From a virus: a DNA stretch of 64,000 bases. The stretch covers positions 70,933 to 134,932 of IMG/VR virus record IMGVR_UViG_3300032287_003622, one strand, 5' to 3'. Below are positions 55,051 to 63,844 of the stretch, one piece after another. Position numbers and translations under genes: made by a program. The notes below the pieces were generated by a model that was given only the letters and a program-made list of their open reading frames with translations, had not been told where the DNA came from and searched no databases. Numbering within the stretch: the stretch's first letter is position 1; each line of letters starts with the position of its first letter.

Positions 55051-55944
55051 ATGAATTTGTCAAAAACCATACCCATTGTGTTCAATGGCGGCAGTTATGG
55101 CACCTATCTTGAATGGGCCCTGACTACACTGACTACCAATGAAAAAATAGTTGTGCCATTTACATCATTGGGCAACAGCCATGGATTTGTCGGAAATCAT
55201 TTGATAGACATGGCCGGTTGGCAAAAATTTACAGCTGGCAACAGTTCCTATGCCTTCGTGCGGGTTCATCCCAAAACAACCAAACAAGAATCTCTATCAC
55301 AGAATCTTGATTGTATGTTGAACACGGTAGACAAAATCATATACTTGTATCCTGATCACAGAACCAAGTTGCTGGTCATAAACAATTATTTTACCAAAGT
55401 TTGGAACAATTGGTGGTCATATCAATTTGACAAAGAGATCAGTCAAGATTATATCTACAACAACTGGCCGGTTGACAGATCTGTGGACATAAATGATTTG
55501 CCCAATTGGATCAAACGAGAGTTTTTGAGTTATTATCTCATGCCTAGTTGGCACGATCAAGTAGAATGGTATCATCCCGACACTTGGCAACACCCCAGAT
55601 GTTTGATGTTGACAGTGTCTGAATTGTTGTGTGATTTTGTATCAAGCCTAACTAAAATAAAAAATTTTTGCCAATTGACCTACATCAAAGATCCACAACA
55701 GTTGATTCCATACCATAACTGGATGTTGAGTTTGCAACGGCATTTACCACAGGATGCTTTATGCAACGAGATAGTTGCACGCACAATCAACGACGAAGCA
55801 TTTGAATGGAACACTTTACCATTGGCCAGCGAAGGTTGGATACAGTGGGAACTACGAAATCTCGGTTATGAAATACGTTGTGATGGGCTTGACACATTCC
55901 CCACTGATAGTATACAATTGAAAAACTTACTTTACCTTATATGA
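55051..55944 (+). CDS. Hypothetical protein, possibly sulfotransferase/P-loop-like
   Basis: N-terminal IVFNGGSYGTYLEWAL; WIKREFLSYY; weak recognition only. Confidence 0.4.
   Translation: MNLSKTIPIVFNGGSYGTYLEWALTTLTTNEKIVVPFTSLGNSHGFVGNHLIDMAGWQKFTAGNSSYAFVRVHPKTTKQESLSQNLDCMLNTVDKIIYLYPDHRTKLLVINNYFTKVWNNWWSYQFDKEISQDYIYNNWPVDRSVDINDLPNWIKREFLSYYLMPSWHDQVEWYHPDTWQHPRCLMLTVSELLCDFVSSLTKIKNFCQLTYIKDPQQLIPYHNWMLSLQRHLPQDALCNEIVARTINDEAFEWNTLPLASEGWIQWELRNLGYEIRCDGLDTFPTDSIQLKNLLYLI
55889..55918 (+). promoter_or_regulatory. Sigma70-type promoter upstream of gp47, inside the preceding gene
   Basis: TTGACA (55889-55894), 18 nt, TACAAT (55913-55918). Confidence 0.5.
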
Positions 55945-56954
55945 CTCTATTCCGAAAAGTTGCTGTTTGCACAGACATACACTTTGGCTTGAAATCAAAC
56001 AGCCTACAACACAATCAAGATTGCAGCGATTTCATTGATTGGTTCATAGCTACCGCCCGGGCCAATGGTTGCGAAACTGGCATGTTCCTGGGCGACTGGA
56101 GCCACCAGCGTGCTGCAATCAACATGCAGACCTTGCAGTATAGCCTGCGTAGCCTGGAAAAGTTATCAGCGGCCTTTGACCGCTTTTACTTTATTCCTGG
56201 CAATCATGATCTTTACTATCGTGACAAACGAGACATCTACAGCACAGAATGGGCACGCCACATACCCAACATCCAAATAGTCAATGACTGGTTTGAAGAT
56301 GGTGATGTGGTCATAGCACCCTGGCTTGTAGGTGACGACCACAAACGTATTCCAAAGTTAAAGGGCCAATACATGTTTGGACATTTTGAACTGCCGCATT
56401 TCAAAATGAATGCCATGGTAGAAATGCCCGATCACGGTGAGATCCAGGTTGATCATTTTGGCAACTTTGACCGGGTGTTTTCAGGACACTTTCATCTTAG
56501 ACAACAGAAAAAGAACATCAACTACATTGGCAACTGCTTCCCACACAACTATGCCGATGCTGGTGACACAGCACGTGGCATGATGACGTTAGAGTGGGGA
56601 GCCGAGCCGGTGTTCCATGCCTGGCCTGGACAACCACTTTACAAAGTTTTGAAACTAAGTCAGGTAATAGATTCGGCACCAGACTTGTTGGCTCGTAACA
56701 TGCATGTGCGTGTGGAACTGGATATCGACATCAGCTACGAAGAAGCAGGATTTATCAAAGACACATTTATAAAAGACTATAATTTAAGAGAGATGGCTTT
56801 GATTCCTGTGAAAAAAACCGACGTAGACACAGACATGGCACCCGGAGAAGTCAAGTTCGAAAGCGTGGATCAGATCGTAACTGATCAGCTGACCAATATC
56901 GAGAGCGAGTTTTATGATCCCAAACTATTGTTGAAAATCTATCAAAATCTATGA
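55941..56954 (+). CDS. Recombination endonuclease subunit, gp47 / SbcD / Mre11
   Basis: DIHFG, LGD, GNHD, GHFE, SGHFH phosphoesterase motifs. Confidence 0.92.
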   Translation: MTLFRKVAVCTDIHFGLKSNSLQHNQDCSDFIDWFIATARANGCETGMFLGDWSHQRAAINMQTLQYSLRSLEKLSAAFDRFYFIPGNHDLYYRDKRDIYSTEWARHIPNIQIVNDWFEDGDVVIAPWLVGDDHKRIPKLKGQYMFGHFELPHFKMNAMVEMPDHGEIQVDHFGNFDRVFSGHFHLRQQKKNINYIGNCFPHNYADAGDTARGMMTLEWGAEPVFHAWPGQPLYKVLKLSQVIDSAPDLLARNMHVRVELDIDISYEEAGFIKDTFIKDYNLREMALIPVKKTDVDTDMAPGEVKFESVDQIVTDQLTNIESEFYDPKLLLKIYQNL

Positions 56955-58102
56955 TCAAATCAGCTAATATGTTACATCAGTTGGCTATTAAAAGTTTTTC
57001 AACAGAGCTTGAAATAGTAGGCATGTGTGACATACTTTCAAACGACCAAACTTGGCAAAATCTTTATTCGTGTTTTTTTCCATTTAAGTCTTTTGAGTTC
57101 AAACCCAATCAAAGATTTTTAATTTTGCATCATGATACTGATTACTATCCATCAATGGGCAGTTGCGGAAATACCATCTATAATATTATAAAGATCATAG
57201 CTGAATTAGATATCAGCACCGATCATATAATAATACTGACAGCATCGTTGGAGAATTTACAACACGAAGTCGAGTACCAGTGCCAAATTAACAATCTTTC
57301 GCCAATAAAAACTATAGATTTTTCTTTATGGTACACATGGCCACCCAACCTTGAAAAACAAGTGGTTGAGTTGCCAGAAAAGAAATACTTGTTCAGCTGT
57401 CTAAATGGAGTTCCGCGTACCCACCGAAAAACACTGTTAGCATTGTTGCATCAATCAGATCTGATCAACGATGGAATGATATCATGGCACCCGCATGACA
57501 TGACAAGAAGCCGGCACGATCCTGAACAAAAATCCAAAACCGGCCCTGACTATGACACCAACTGTGTCTTTAGAGTCACAAGCCCAATCAATCAGCACAT
57601 AAACGAGGAGTTGAGTTTGTGTTCTGCTAGCAAAAAACTTCATGTAAATTATCAAACTCAACTAAATCAATCAATAAAATCAACGGTAGTAAGCGGTGAG
57701 CCTAATTCACTCGAATCTCGTTGGGTAGCTGACTATCTTCAACATTCCTTAGTATATATTGTGGTTGAAACAGTGGGTCAATATCCACATGTGTATTTGT
57801 CAGAAAAAACTTGGAAGGCAATGATGTCAATGATGCCTTTTATGATTTTAGGAGCTCGTGGAAGTCTGACCAAACTTAAAAAAATGGGTTTTAAAACGTT
57901 CAGCGATTTCTGGAGTGAAGAGTATGATCAACTTCCTACACCGTTCGAGCGAGCAACAGCCATTGTGAATAATTTATTGCTGTTAAAAAAACAAGACATA
58001 AACACTTTGTATGCCAATATACGTCCAATATTGCTTCATAATCAGCAACATATGAGTACTATGCAAAACACAGAGTTAGAAAAAATCAAAAATCTAATAT
58101 GA
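56951..58102 (+). CDS. 'ET...TEK' family glycosyltransferase-like protein
   Basis: LNGVPRTHR; IVVETVG...LSEKTWKAMM..PFMILG...LKKMGFKTFSDFWSEEYD. Confidence 0.6.
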   Translation: MIKSANMLHQLAIKSFSTELEIVGMCDILSNDQTWQNLYSCFFPFKSFEFKPNQRFLILHHDTDYYPSMGSCGNTIYNIIKIIAELDISTDHIIILTASLENLQHEVEYQCQINNLSPIKTIDFSLWYTWPPNLEKQVVELPEKKYLFSCLNGVPRTHRKTLLALLHQSDLINDGMISWHPHDMTRSRHDPEQKSKTGPDYDTNCVFRVTSPINQHINEELSLCSASKKLHVNYQTQLNQSIKSTVVSGEPNSLESRWVADYLQHSLVYIVVETVGQYPHVYLSEKTWKAMMSMMPFMILGARGSLTKLKKMGFKTFSDFWSEEYDQLPTPFERATAIVNNLLLLKKQDINTLYANIRPILLHNQQHMSTMQNTELEKIKNLI

Positions 58103-58719
58103 AACCACGTATACTGTTAACCGGAGGAAGTTCTGGAATTGGAAAATGTTGCTACGAACTGTTAAAAGACCGTTACGATATCGATGCTCCGACTAGACAA
58201 CTACTGGACTTATCTAAAATTGAGCAGATTGATTCTTGGGATTATAGCCCATACGATGTTATAATCAACAGTGCTGGATGTAATATTGGTACCTATTTGG
58301 GATTCAACCACAACGATTCTTTTAATCAAGTACAACAAATACAAACTAATTTCATTGCCCCTCTATTGATAGCCAAACACTACACCAGTAGTAGACAACA
58401 AGGACAATTTATATACATCAGTAGTGCCAGCATTGACAACCCGTTCGTATATAACATTGTGAATGCTTCCTCAAAATCTGCTTTGAAATATGCCATTGAC
58501 GTTTTACGAACACAGTATAAAAACTTTTCATTCAATGAAATCTGTCCAGGAAAAACCAAGACAAATATGTTGAATCAAAACTATATGAATACTCGCTCAT
58601 CAGATGAAATTGAACTTGAATACTCTAAATCCTCATATCTTTTACCAACACAAGTGGCCAGTCTGGTTGAGTATTGTATAGACAATCGACACATATCCAA
58701 GATTGACATAAATCCATAA
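58099..58719 (+). CDS. Short-chain dehydrogenase/reductase (atypical active site)
   Basis: ILLTGGSSGIG, INSAG, YISS, NASSK, ICPGKTKT. Confidence 0.8.
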   Translation: MKPRILLTGGSSGIGKCCYELLKDRYDIDAPTRQLLDLSKIEQIDSWDYSPYDVIINSAGCNIGTYLGFNHNDSFNQVQQIQTNFIAPLLIAKHYTSSRQQGQFIYISSASIDNPFVYNIVNASSKSALKYAIDVLRTQYKNFSFNEICPGKTKTNMLNQNYMNTRSSDEIELEYSKSSYLLPTQVASLVEYCIDNRHISKIDINP

Positions 58720-60482
58720 TGATCCAAATAAAAAATTTAACTGTTCGTAACTTTATGAGTGTGGGTAACACTACCCAGGCCATTGACTTTGACCGCAAAG
58801 ACCTAACCTTGGTGCTGGGAGAAAACCTGGACATGGGCGGAGATGGTTCCAGGAACGGCACAGGCAAGACCACTATCATCAACGCACTCAGCTATGCCTT
58901 GTACGGACAGGCCTTGAGCAACATACGCAAAGACAACCTGGTCAATAAAACCAACGGCAAGAACATGTTGGTCAGTCTAGAATTTGTAGTGGGCGCACAA
59001 GAATACAAGATCGAACGTGGTCGAAAACCCAATGTGTTGCGTTTTTATGTCAACAACCAGGCACAAAAAATCACCGACGAAGCACAAGGTGACAGCCGAG
59101 AAACACAGGACGCCATTGAGCATGTGCTGGGGCTCAGTCACGATATGTTCAAACATATCTTGGCGTTGAACACTTATACCGAACCGTTCTTGAGTCTTAA
59201 AGCCAACGATCAGCGTACTATCATTGAACAACTGTTGGGCATAACCATGCTCAGCGAACGAGCCGACCGTATCAAAGAACACAACCGGCAGACCAAAGAG
59301 GGCATACAACAAGAAGAATTCCGCATACGTGCTGTGCAGGAAGCCAACAAGCGCATAGAAGAACAGATCGAAGCCTTGCGACGCAGACAAACATTATGGA
59401 CTACCCGACATGAAGAAGAGATTGCAAAACTTACGACCGCGCTCGAAGAGCTCAAGAAGATTGACATTGAAGCCGAGATACAGGCACACAAGGCACACAA
59501 AGTATGGGATCAGAAGCGCAAGGACCTTAACGACTTGGCTGGACAAATCTCCCGCACGAAGCTTGATAAAGATCGCGAGAACAAAAGCATTGAGAAGCTT
59601 GTCAAAGAGATTACGACTCTTGAAAATCACACATGTCACACCTGTGGGCAGGCTTTCCATGACAGTAAGCACCAACAGGTCCTGGCGGGTAAGCAGACTG
59701 ATCTGGTGGGAGCGCGAGCGGCGTGCCAGGAACATACACAGCTCTTATCAGAACTTGAGACTGCCCACACAGCCTTGGGCACGCTAGGAAAACCTCCGGT
59801 CATGTTCTATGATCGAGAAGAAGATGCCATACAGCATAGAAGCAGTTTGTCTGCGTTAGAAAAGCAGTTGGAAAGCAAACAGGTCGAAACGGATCCTTAT
59901 GAAGAACAGATTGCAGACATGCAAGGTCAGGCCCTGCAAGCGGTAAACTATGACACTCTCAATGAACTTACCCGATTGCAGGAACATCAAGATTTCTTGC
60001 TCAAACTCCTGACCAGCAAGGACAGTTTTGTTCGCAAAAAAATCATTGAACAGAATTTGAGTTATCTCAATGCACGACTCACACACTACTTGGATAGGAT
60101 TGGTTTGCCACACACCGTGGTATTCCAAAACGATCTCTCAGTCAGCATTGAAGAACTGGGTCGTGAACTGGATTTTGACAACTTGAGTCGTGGCGAACGC
60201 AATCGTTTGATTCTCAGCATGAGCTGGGCCTTCCGCGATGTGTTTGAAAGTCTGTATCAACCCATCAATGTGTTGTTCATAGATGAGATGATTGACTCGG
60301 GCTTGGACACACAAGGTGTGGAAAACAGTCTGGCCTTGCTCAAACACATGAGTCGTGAGCGGCACAAGAGTATTTGGCTGGTATCGCACAGAGACGAGTT
60401 GGCCGGACGTGTGGAAAACATACTCAAGGTGGTCAAGGAAGGCGGATTTACTACCTACAACACGGATATCGAAATTGCGTAG
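58719..60482 (+). CDS. Recombination ATPase subunit, gp46 / SbcC / Rad50
   Basis: NFMSVGN, Walker A NGTGKT, zinc hook CHTC, signature LSRGE, Walker B LFIDE, VSH. Confidence 0.95.
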   Translation: MIQIKNLTVRNFMSVGNTTQAIDFDRKDLTLVLGENLDMGGDGSRNGTGKTTIINALSYALYGQALSNIRKDNLVNKTNGKNMLVSLEFVVGAQEYKIERGRKPNVLRFYVNNQAQKITDEAQGDSRETQDAIEHVLGLSHDMFKHILALNTYTEPFLSLKANDQRTIIEQLLGITMLSERADRIKEHNRQTKEGIQQEEFRIRAVQEANKRIEEQIEALRRRQTLWTTRHEEEIAKLTTALEELKKIDIEAEIQAHKAHKVWDQKRKDLNDLAGQISRTKLDKDRENKSIEKLVKEITTLENHTCHTCGQAFHDSKHQQVLAGKQTDLVGARAACQEHTQLLSELETAHTALGTLGKPPVMFYDREEDAIQHRSSLSALEKQLESKQVETDPYEEQIADMQGQALQAVNYDTLNELTRLQEHQDFLLKLLTSKDSFVRKKIIEQNLSYLNARLTHYLDRIGLPHTVVFQNDLSVSIEELGRELDFDNLSRGERNRLILSMSWAFRDVFESLYQPINVLFIDEMIDSGLDTQGVENSLALLKHMSRERHKSIWLVSHRDELAGRVENILKVVKEGGFTTYNTDIEIA

Positions 60483-61341
60483 AATACGAGTATTACACAT
60501 TGAACCCACAGACGTCTGTCAGGCCGCATGTCCTATGTGCGCCAGAGAGACTGATACTAAATTTAGAAAAGATCAAAAACATCACTTGCGTGTGGAGAAA
60601 ATACAACAGCATTTTAGTGACCGAGTGATTGGCAATCTTGACAAGATGTTCATGTGCGGCAATTACGGAGATCCGGCTGCTGGATACTACACCATGGACA
60701 TCTACCGATATTTTAGAAAAGTCAATTCCGACATTGTGTTGGGGATGAACACCAACGGTGCTGTGCAAAGTACATTTTTTTGGCATGCCTTGGGCGGCCT
60801 GTTCAATCAGCCCAAAGATTATTGTGTGTTCAGCATTGATGGGTTGGAGGACACCAATTCGATATATAGAAAAAATGTCAATTGGGACAAGCTCATGGCC
60901 AATGCACAAGCGTTTATTGCGGCCGGAGGAAGTGCCCATTGGGACATGCTGGTCTACAAGCATAATCAGCATCAAGTAGATGAATGTGAACGCCTCGCCC
61001 GAGACATGGGCTTCAAATGGTTCCGTGCTAAGATTTCCAAACGTGGGTTCACAGACAGATTAGAATTTCCTATTGGTTGGAAGGAACCCGTAATCACACA
61101 GGGGCCAATACAGTGTCATGCTCAACAGGAACGTAGCATGTATATAGATGCACAAGGTCGAGTCAGTGCCTGTTGTTGGCTGGGTGCCACACAAAGTGAT
61201 TTTGTCAAAGACGATTTGGCCACAGTAAAACAATCTTGGAAAACAGAAACTCCACACCCAACATGTAAAAAAACTTGTTCTACTAGCAAATCAAAAACAA
61301 GTTTTACAAACCAGTGGCAACGGGAGGTTAATCTTGTTTGA
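60475..61341 (+). CDS. Radical SAM protein with C-terminal twitch/SPASM-like Cys cluster (start revised to TTG 60475)
   Basis: CQAACPMC; CGNYGDP; NTNG; FSIDG; C..GRVSACC..CKKTC. Confidence 0.85.
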   Translation: MRRIRVLHIEPTDVCQAACPMCARETDTKFRKDQKHHLRVEKIQQHFSDRVIGNLDKMFMCGNYGDPAAGYYTMDIYRYFRKVNSDIVLGMNTNGAVQSTFFWHALGGLFNQPKDYCVFSIDGLEDTNSIYRKNVNWDKLMANAQAFIAAGGSAHWDMLVYKHNQHQVDECERLARDMGFKWFRAKISKRGFTDRLEFPIGWKEPVITQGPIQCHAQQERSMYIDAQGRVSACCWLGATQSDFVKDDLATVKQSWKTETPHPTCKKTCSTSKSKTSFTNQWQREVNLV

Positions 61342-62446
61342 TTACAACATCATAGACGAATATCAACTTGAAATAACTTCTTACTGCAATGCTGCCTGTC
61401 CTCAGTGTCCACGAAACAACAACGGCGAAGGTGTAAACCCTAGAATGCCTCTTTGCCATTTAGGTAGAGATGTCATTGACCGAGCTTTTCCTACCGAAAT
61501 GTGTGCTCGTCTCCGTCAAATATTTTTTTGTGGCAGCTACGGTGATCCTATCATGCACCCTGATTTCTTGGATATTCTAAGAGATTTTAGGAAAAAAAAT
61601 CCTACCCTGTGGTTGTATTTTCATACCAATGGCGGTGCTCACGATGCGGATTATTGGACAGAGGTTGCTAGAATCATGGCAGGATATGGACAAATTGACT
61701 TTGGTATAGACGGCCTAGAGGACACTTTACATCTGTACCGCCGTAATGTAAAATACAGCCGGGTCATCGACAATGCCCAGGCATTTATACGTGCAGGAGG
61801 TCGAGCGCAATGGAACTTTATTGTGTTTCGACACAACGAACATCAAGTAGAACAGGTCCGACAGCTTGGAGAACAAATGGGATTTTTCAATGTATTGATT
61901 AGAAAAACTGGAAGATTTTTCAATCATAGAACTGTGGAAGAAATGTCTTCGTGGCCGGTGTCCAACAAATATGATCTAGAACCACCTTCGCAGGATGAAT
62001 ATCGCAATCAAAGCATGTTGTTTCTTCCTGAACTAAAAAAACAATACAGCAACATCAAAGATTATTTTGACACCACACCCATACGTTGTGATGCCTTGAT
62101 AGGACCCAAAGTGGTAGTCAATGCCGAAGGATTGGTTTTGCCTTGTAACTTTTTCAATCATAATTTGTATGATCGTAGATTTTACGAGCCCGGAGTATTG
62201 CCCGAGTCCAACGAATTAAGCACTATCAACGGACAAAATCAAGTTCGGGCATTTTTAGAGAGTTACACGCTGGACAGTTTTAATATACATTTGCACAGTC
62301 TCAAACAAATATTTGAAAACCCCATGTGGTCTGATTTAGTTGCCAGCTGGAATAAGACTTTAGCTCAAGGCAGATTGTTTGAATGTGCCATGACCTGTGG
62401 TTCAAAAATTACCAAGGTGTGGGATCAAGGAGGAAGCAAAAGATGA
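61334..62446 (+). CDS. Radical SAM protein with C-terminal twitch/SPASM-like Cys cluster
   Basis: CNAACPQC; CGSYGDP; HTNG; FGIDG; C..GLVLPC..CAMTC; paralog of the preceding gene. Confidence 0.88.
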   Translation: MFDYNIIDEYQLEITSYCNAACPQCPRNNNGEGVNPRMPLCHLGRDVIDRAFPTEMCARLRQIFFCGSYGDPIMHPDFLDILRDFRKKNPTLWLYFHTNGGAHDADYWTEVARIMAGYGQIDFGIDGLEDTLHLYRRNVKYSRVIDNAQAFIRAGGRAQWNFIVFRHNEHQVEQVRQLGEQMGFFNVLIRKTGRFFNHRTVEEMSSWPVSNKYDLEPPSQDEYRNQSMLFLPELKKQYSNIKDYFDTTPIRCDALIGPKVVVNAEGLVLPCNFFNHNLYDRRFYEPGVLPESNELSTINGQNQVRAFLESYTLDSFNIHLHSLKQIFENPMWSDLVASWNKTLAQGRLFECAMTCGSKITKVWDQGGSKR

Positions 62447-63033
62447 AATATATGATTACAGGTGGCAACCGTGGTCTTGGCCAGGCCCTGGCCAGGCACT
62501 TCAACGGTGACAGTTTCAGTCGTAGCTGTGGTCATGATATAACCAAAGACTCCGATCGTGCCTGGATGGCCAACAAAAGTCTGGAATATGATGTATTTGT
62601 TAACAATGCTTTTGATGGTCCGTTCCAGGAATCATGGGCGGATTTTGGTCAGATAAAAATTTTATATGATGTAGCAAATTGTTGGCGGCACAACAACAAG
62701 CAGGGATGGATCATCAACATCGGAAGTGTAGGTACTCAAAATATTGTTGCGCCAGATCCAGATTTTGAAACCTATAGGATTTCTAAACTGGCTTTGAAAT
62801 CACATAGCCAACAATGGACTCGTGCATTCAAAGAAAATCGTGTAGCGTTCAAAACCACCCTCCTGACCTTGGATCGGCTGGACACTGAACTCACACGCAA
62901 CAGACCTACTTGGACTGGAAATGGACACAACCTGCATGATATCTGTCACTATATAGAATTGATTACAAACGGTGCAAATAATACTTGTATAGAAGAAATT
63001 ATAGCCTGGGTGAATTTTGATCATAAACAATAG
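62443..63033 (+). CDS. Short-chain dehydrogenase/reductase (start revised to 62443)
   Basis: AGGAGG RBS and ATGA overlap; MITGGNRGLG, VNNA, INIGS, YRISK. Confidence 0.8.
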   Translation: MKYMITGGNRGLGQALARHFNGDSFSRSCGHDITKDSDRAWMANKSLEYDVFVNNAFDGPFQESWADFGQIKILYDVANCWRHNNKQGWIINIGSVGTQNIVAPDPDFETYRISKLALKSHSQQWTRAFKENRVAFKTTLLTLDRLDTELTRNRPTWTGNGHNLHDICHYIELITNGANNTCIEEIIAWVNFDHKQ

Positions 63034-63036
63034 TCC

Positions 63037-63474
63037 ATGTCATGGCTATTCGAAAGCAAAGCAATTGAAACCTTACCCGAAGATTGCGTGGGTTTTGTTT
63101 ATTTGATCACAAATAACACCACCGGAAGAAAGTATATTGGAAAAAAATTAGCAAAATTTAGCAAGACAACATATAAGGTAGTGAAACTCAAGAACGGCAA
63201 CAAGAAACGCAAGAAAATACGTGGCAAAATCGAATCAGACTGGCAGACATACTACGGCAGCAACGAACAACTCAACAAAGACGTAGAACGCTTAGGCGCA
63301 GGCAACTTCACTCGAGAAATATTATACTACTGTAGGTCCAAGGCCGAATGTAGCTACATAGAAGCTCGCGAACAATTCTCAAGACGTGTATTAGAGTCGG
63401 ATGACTGGTACAATGGACACATTCAGGTGCGTGTGCATGGTAGCCATATCCGCAAATTAAACGACTCTGTTTGA
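63037..63474 (+). CDS. Stand-alone GIY-YIG family nuclease
   Basis: GFVYLITNNTTGRKYIGKK, YYGS, FTREIL, E(AREQ), YNGHI; no appended DNA-binding domain. Confidence 0.75.
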   Translation: MSWLFESKAIETLPEDCVGFVYLITNNTTGRKYIGKKLAKFSKTTYKVVKLKNGNKKRKKIRGKIESDWQTYYGSNEQLNKDVERLGAGNFTREILYYCRSKAECSYIEAREQFSRRVLESDDWYNGHIQVRVHGSHIRKLNDSV

Positions 63475-63795
63475 TCTGGGCACCCAGATCCACAAGGAGG
63501 AACGGTGAGATACCCGGTCCAGATGAGCTTGTGTGTCAACGGCAATTGCTAACTTAAGGCAACAAATGGTAGGGGCTCTGTGAAAAAGCGACAACCCCAG
63601 CTCATAGGACTTGGTTCTTCTCGGGTCACTAGGGTTCCGTTGATATGTGAAGCTTGAGTAGGGGGTACCGGTCAACCGCCTCCGCGTCGAAAGACAATCT
63701 CATTAGAATGAAGTGACTGTGCTACTCGGATAATGCAGATCATTGTTCACCGTGCATACGGTGAATTGTGACCACTTAATCTGGATAATACGGAA
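63473..63795 (+). ncRNA. Candidate large structured non-coding RNA, family not recognised
   Basis: Nested helices found by eye: 63518-24/63779-85; about 18 bp 63525-42/63637-55 with G.U pairs; 63656-61/63722-27; hairpins 63473-90, 63669-78, 63686-95 (GAAA loop), 63746-65. Confidence 0.6.
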
Positions 63796-63803
63796 AGACA
63801 ATG

Positions 63804-63844
63804 ATTGATGAGCGACAGCGAATCAATAGATCTCATTGAGATCT
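63804..63844. other. Two tandem hairpins
   Basis: ATTGAT-GA-GC-GACA-GC-GA-ATCAAT and AGATCTC-ATT-GAGATCT. Confidence 0.55.

Noticed and set aside
63457-63675. 72-aa minus-strand ORF (and the 61-aa ORF at 63308-63493)
   Set aside because: No recognisable motif, overlaps the GIY-YIG gene antisense, and the base-pairing pattern explains the region better.
63572-63690. tmRNA-like start GGGGCT...CGAC
   Set aside because: No T-arm (GTTCRA), no matching acceptor stem with CCA, and no tag reading frame found.
63497-63791. RNase P RNA or group I/II intron identity for the structured region
   Set aside because: GAGGAA...GTCC is only loosely like RNase P CR-I and lacks the bulged-U P4. No group I P7 (GACUA/UAGUC) or group II domain V is visible, and no gene is interrupted.
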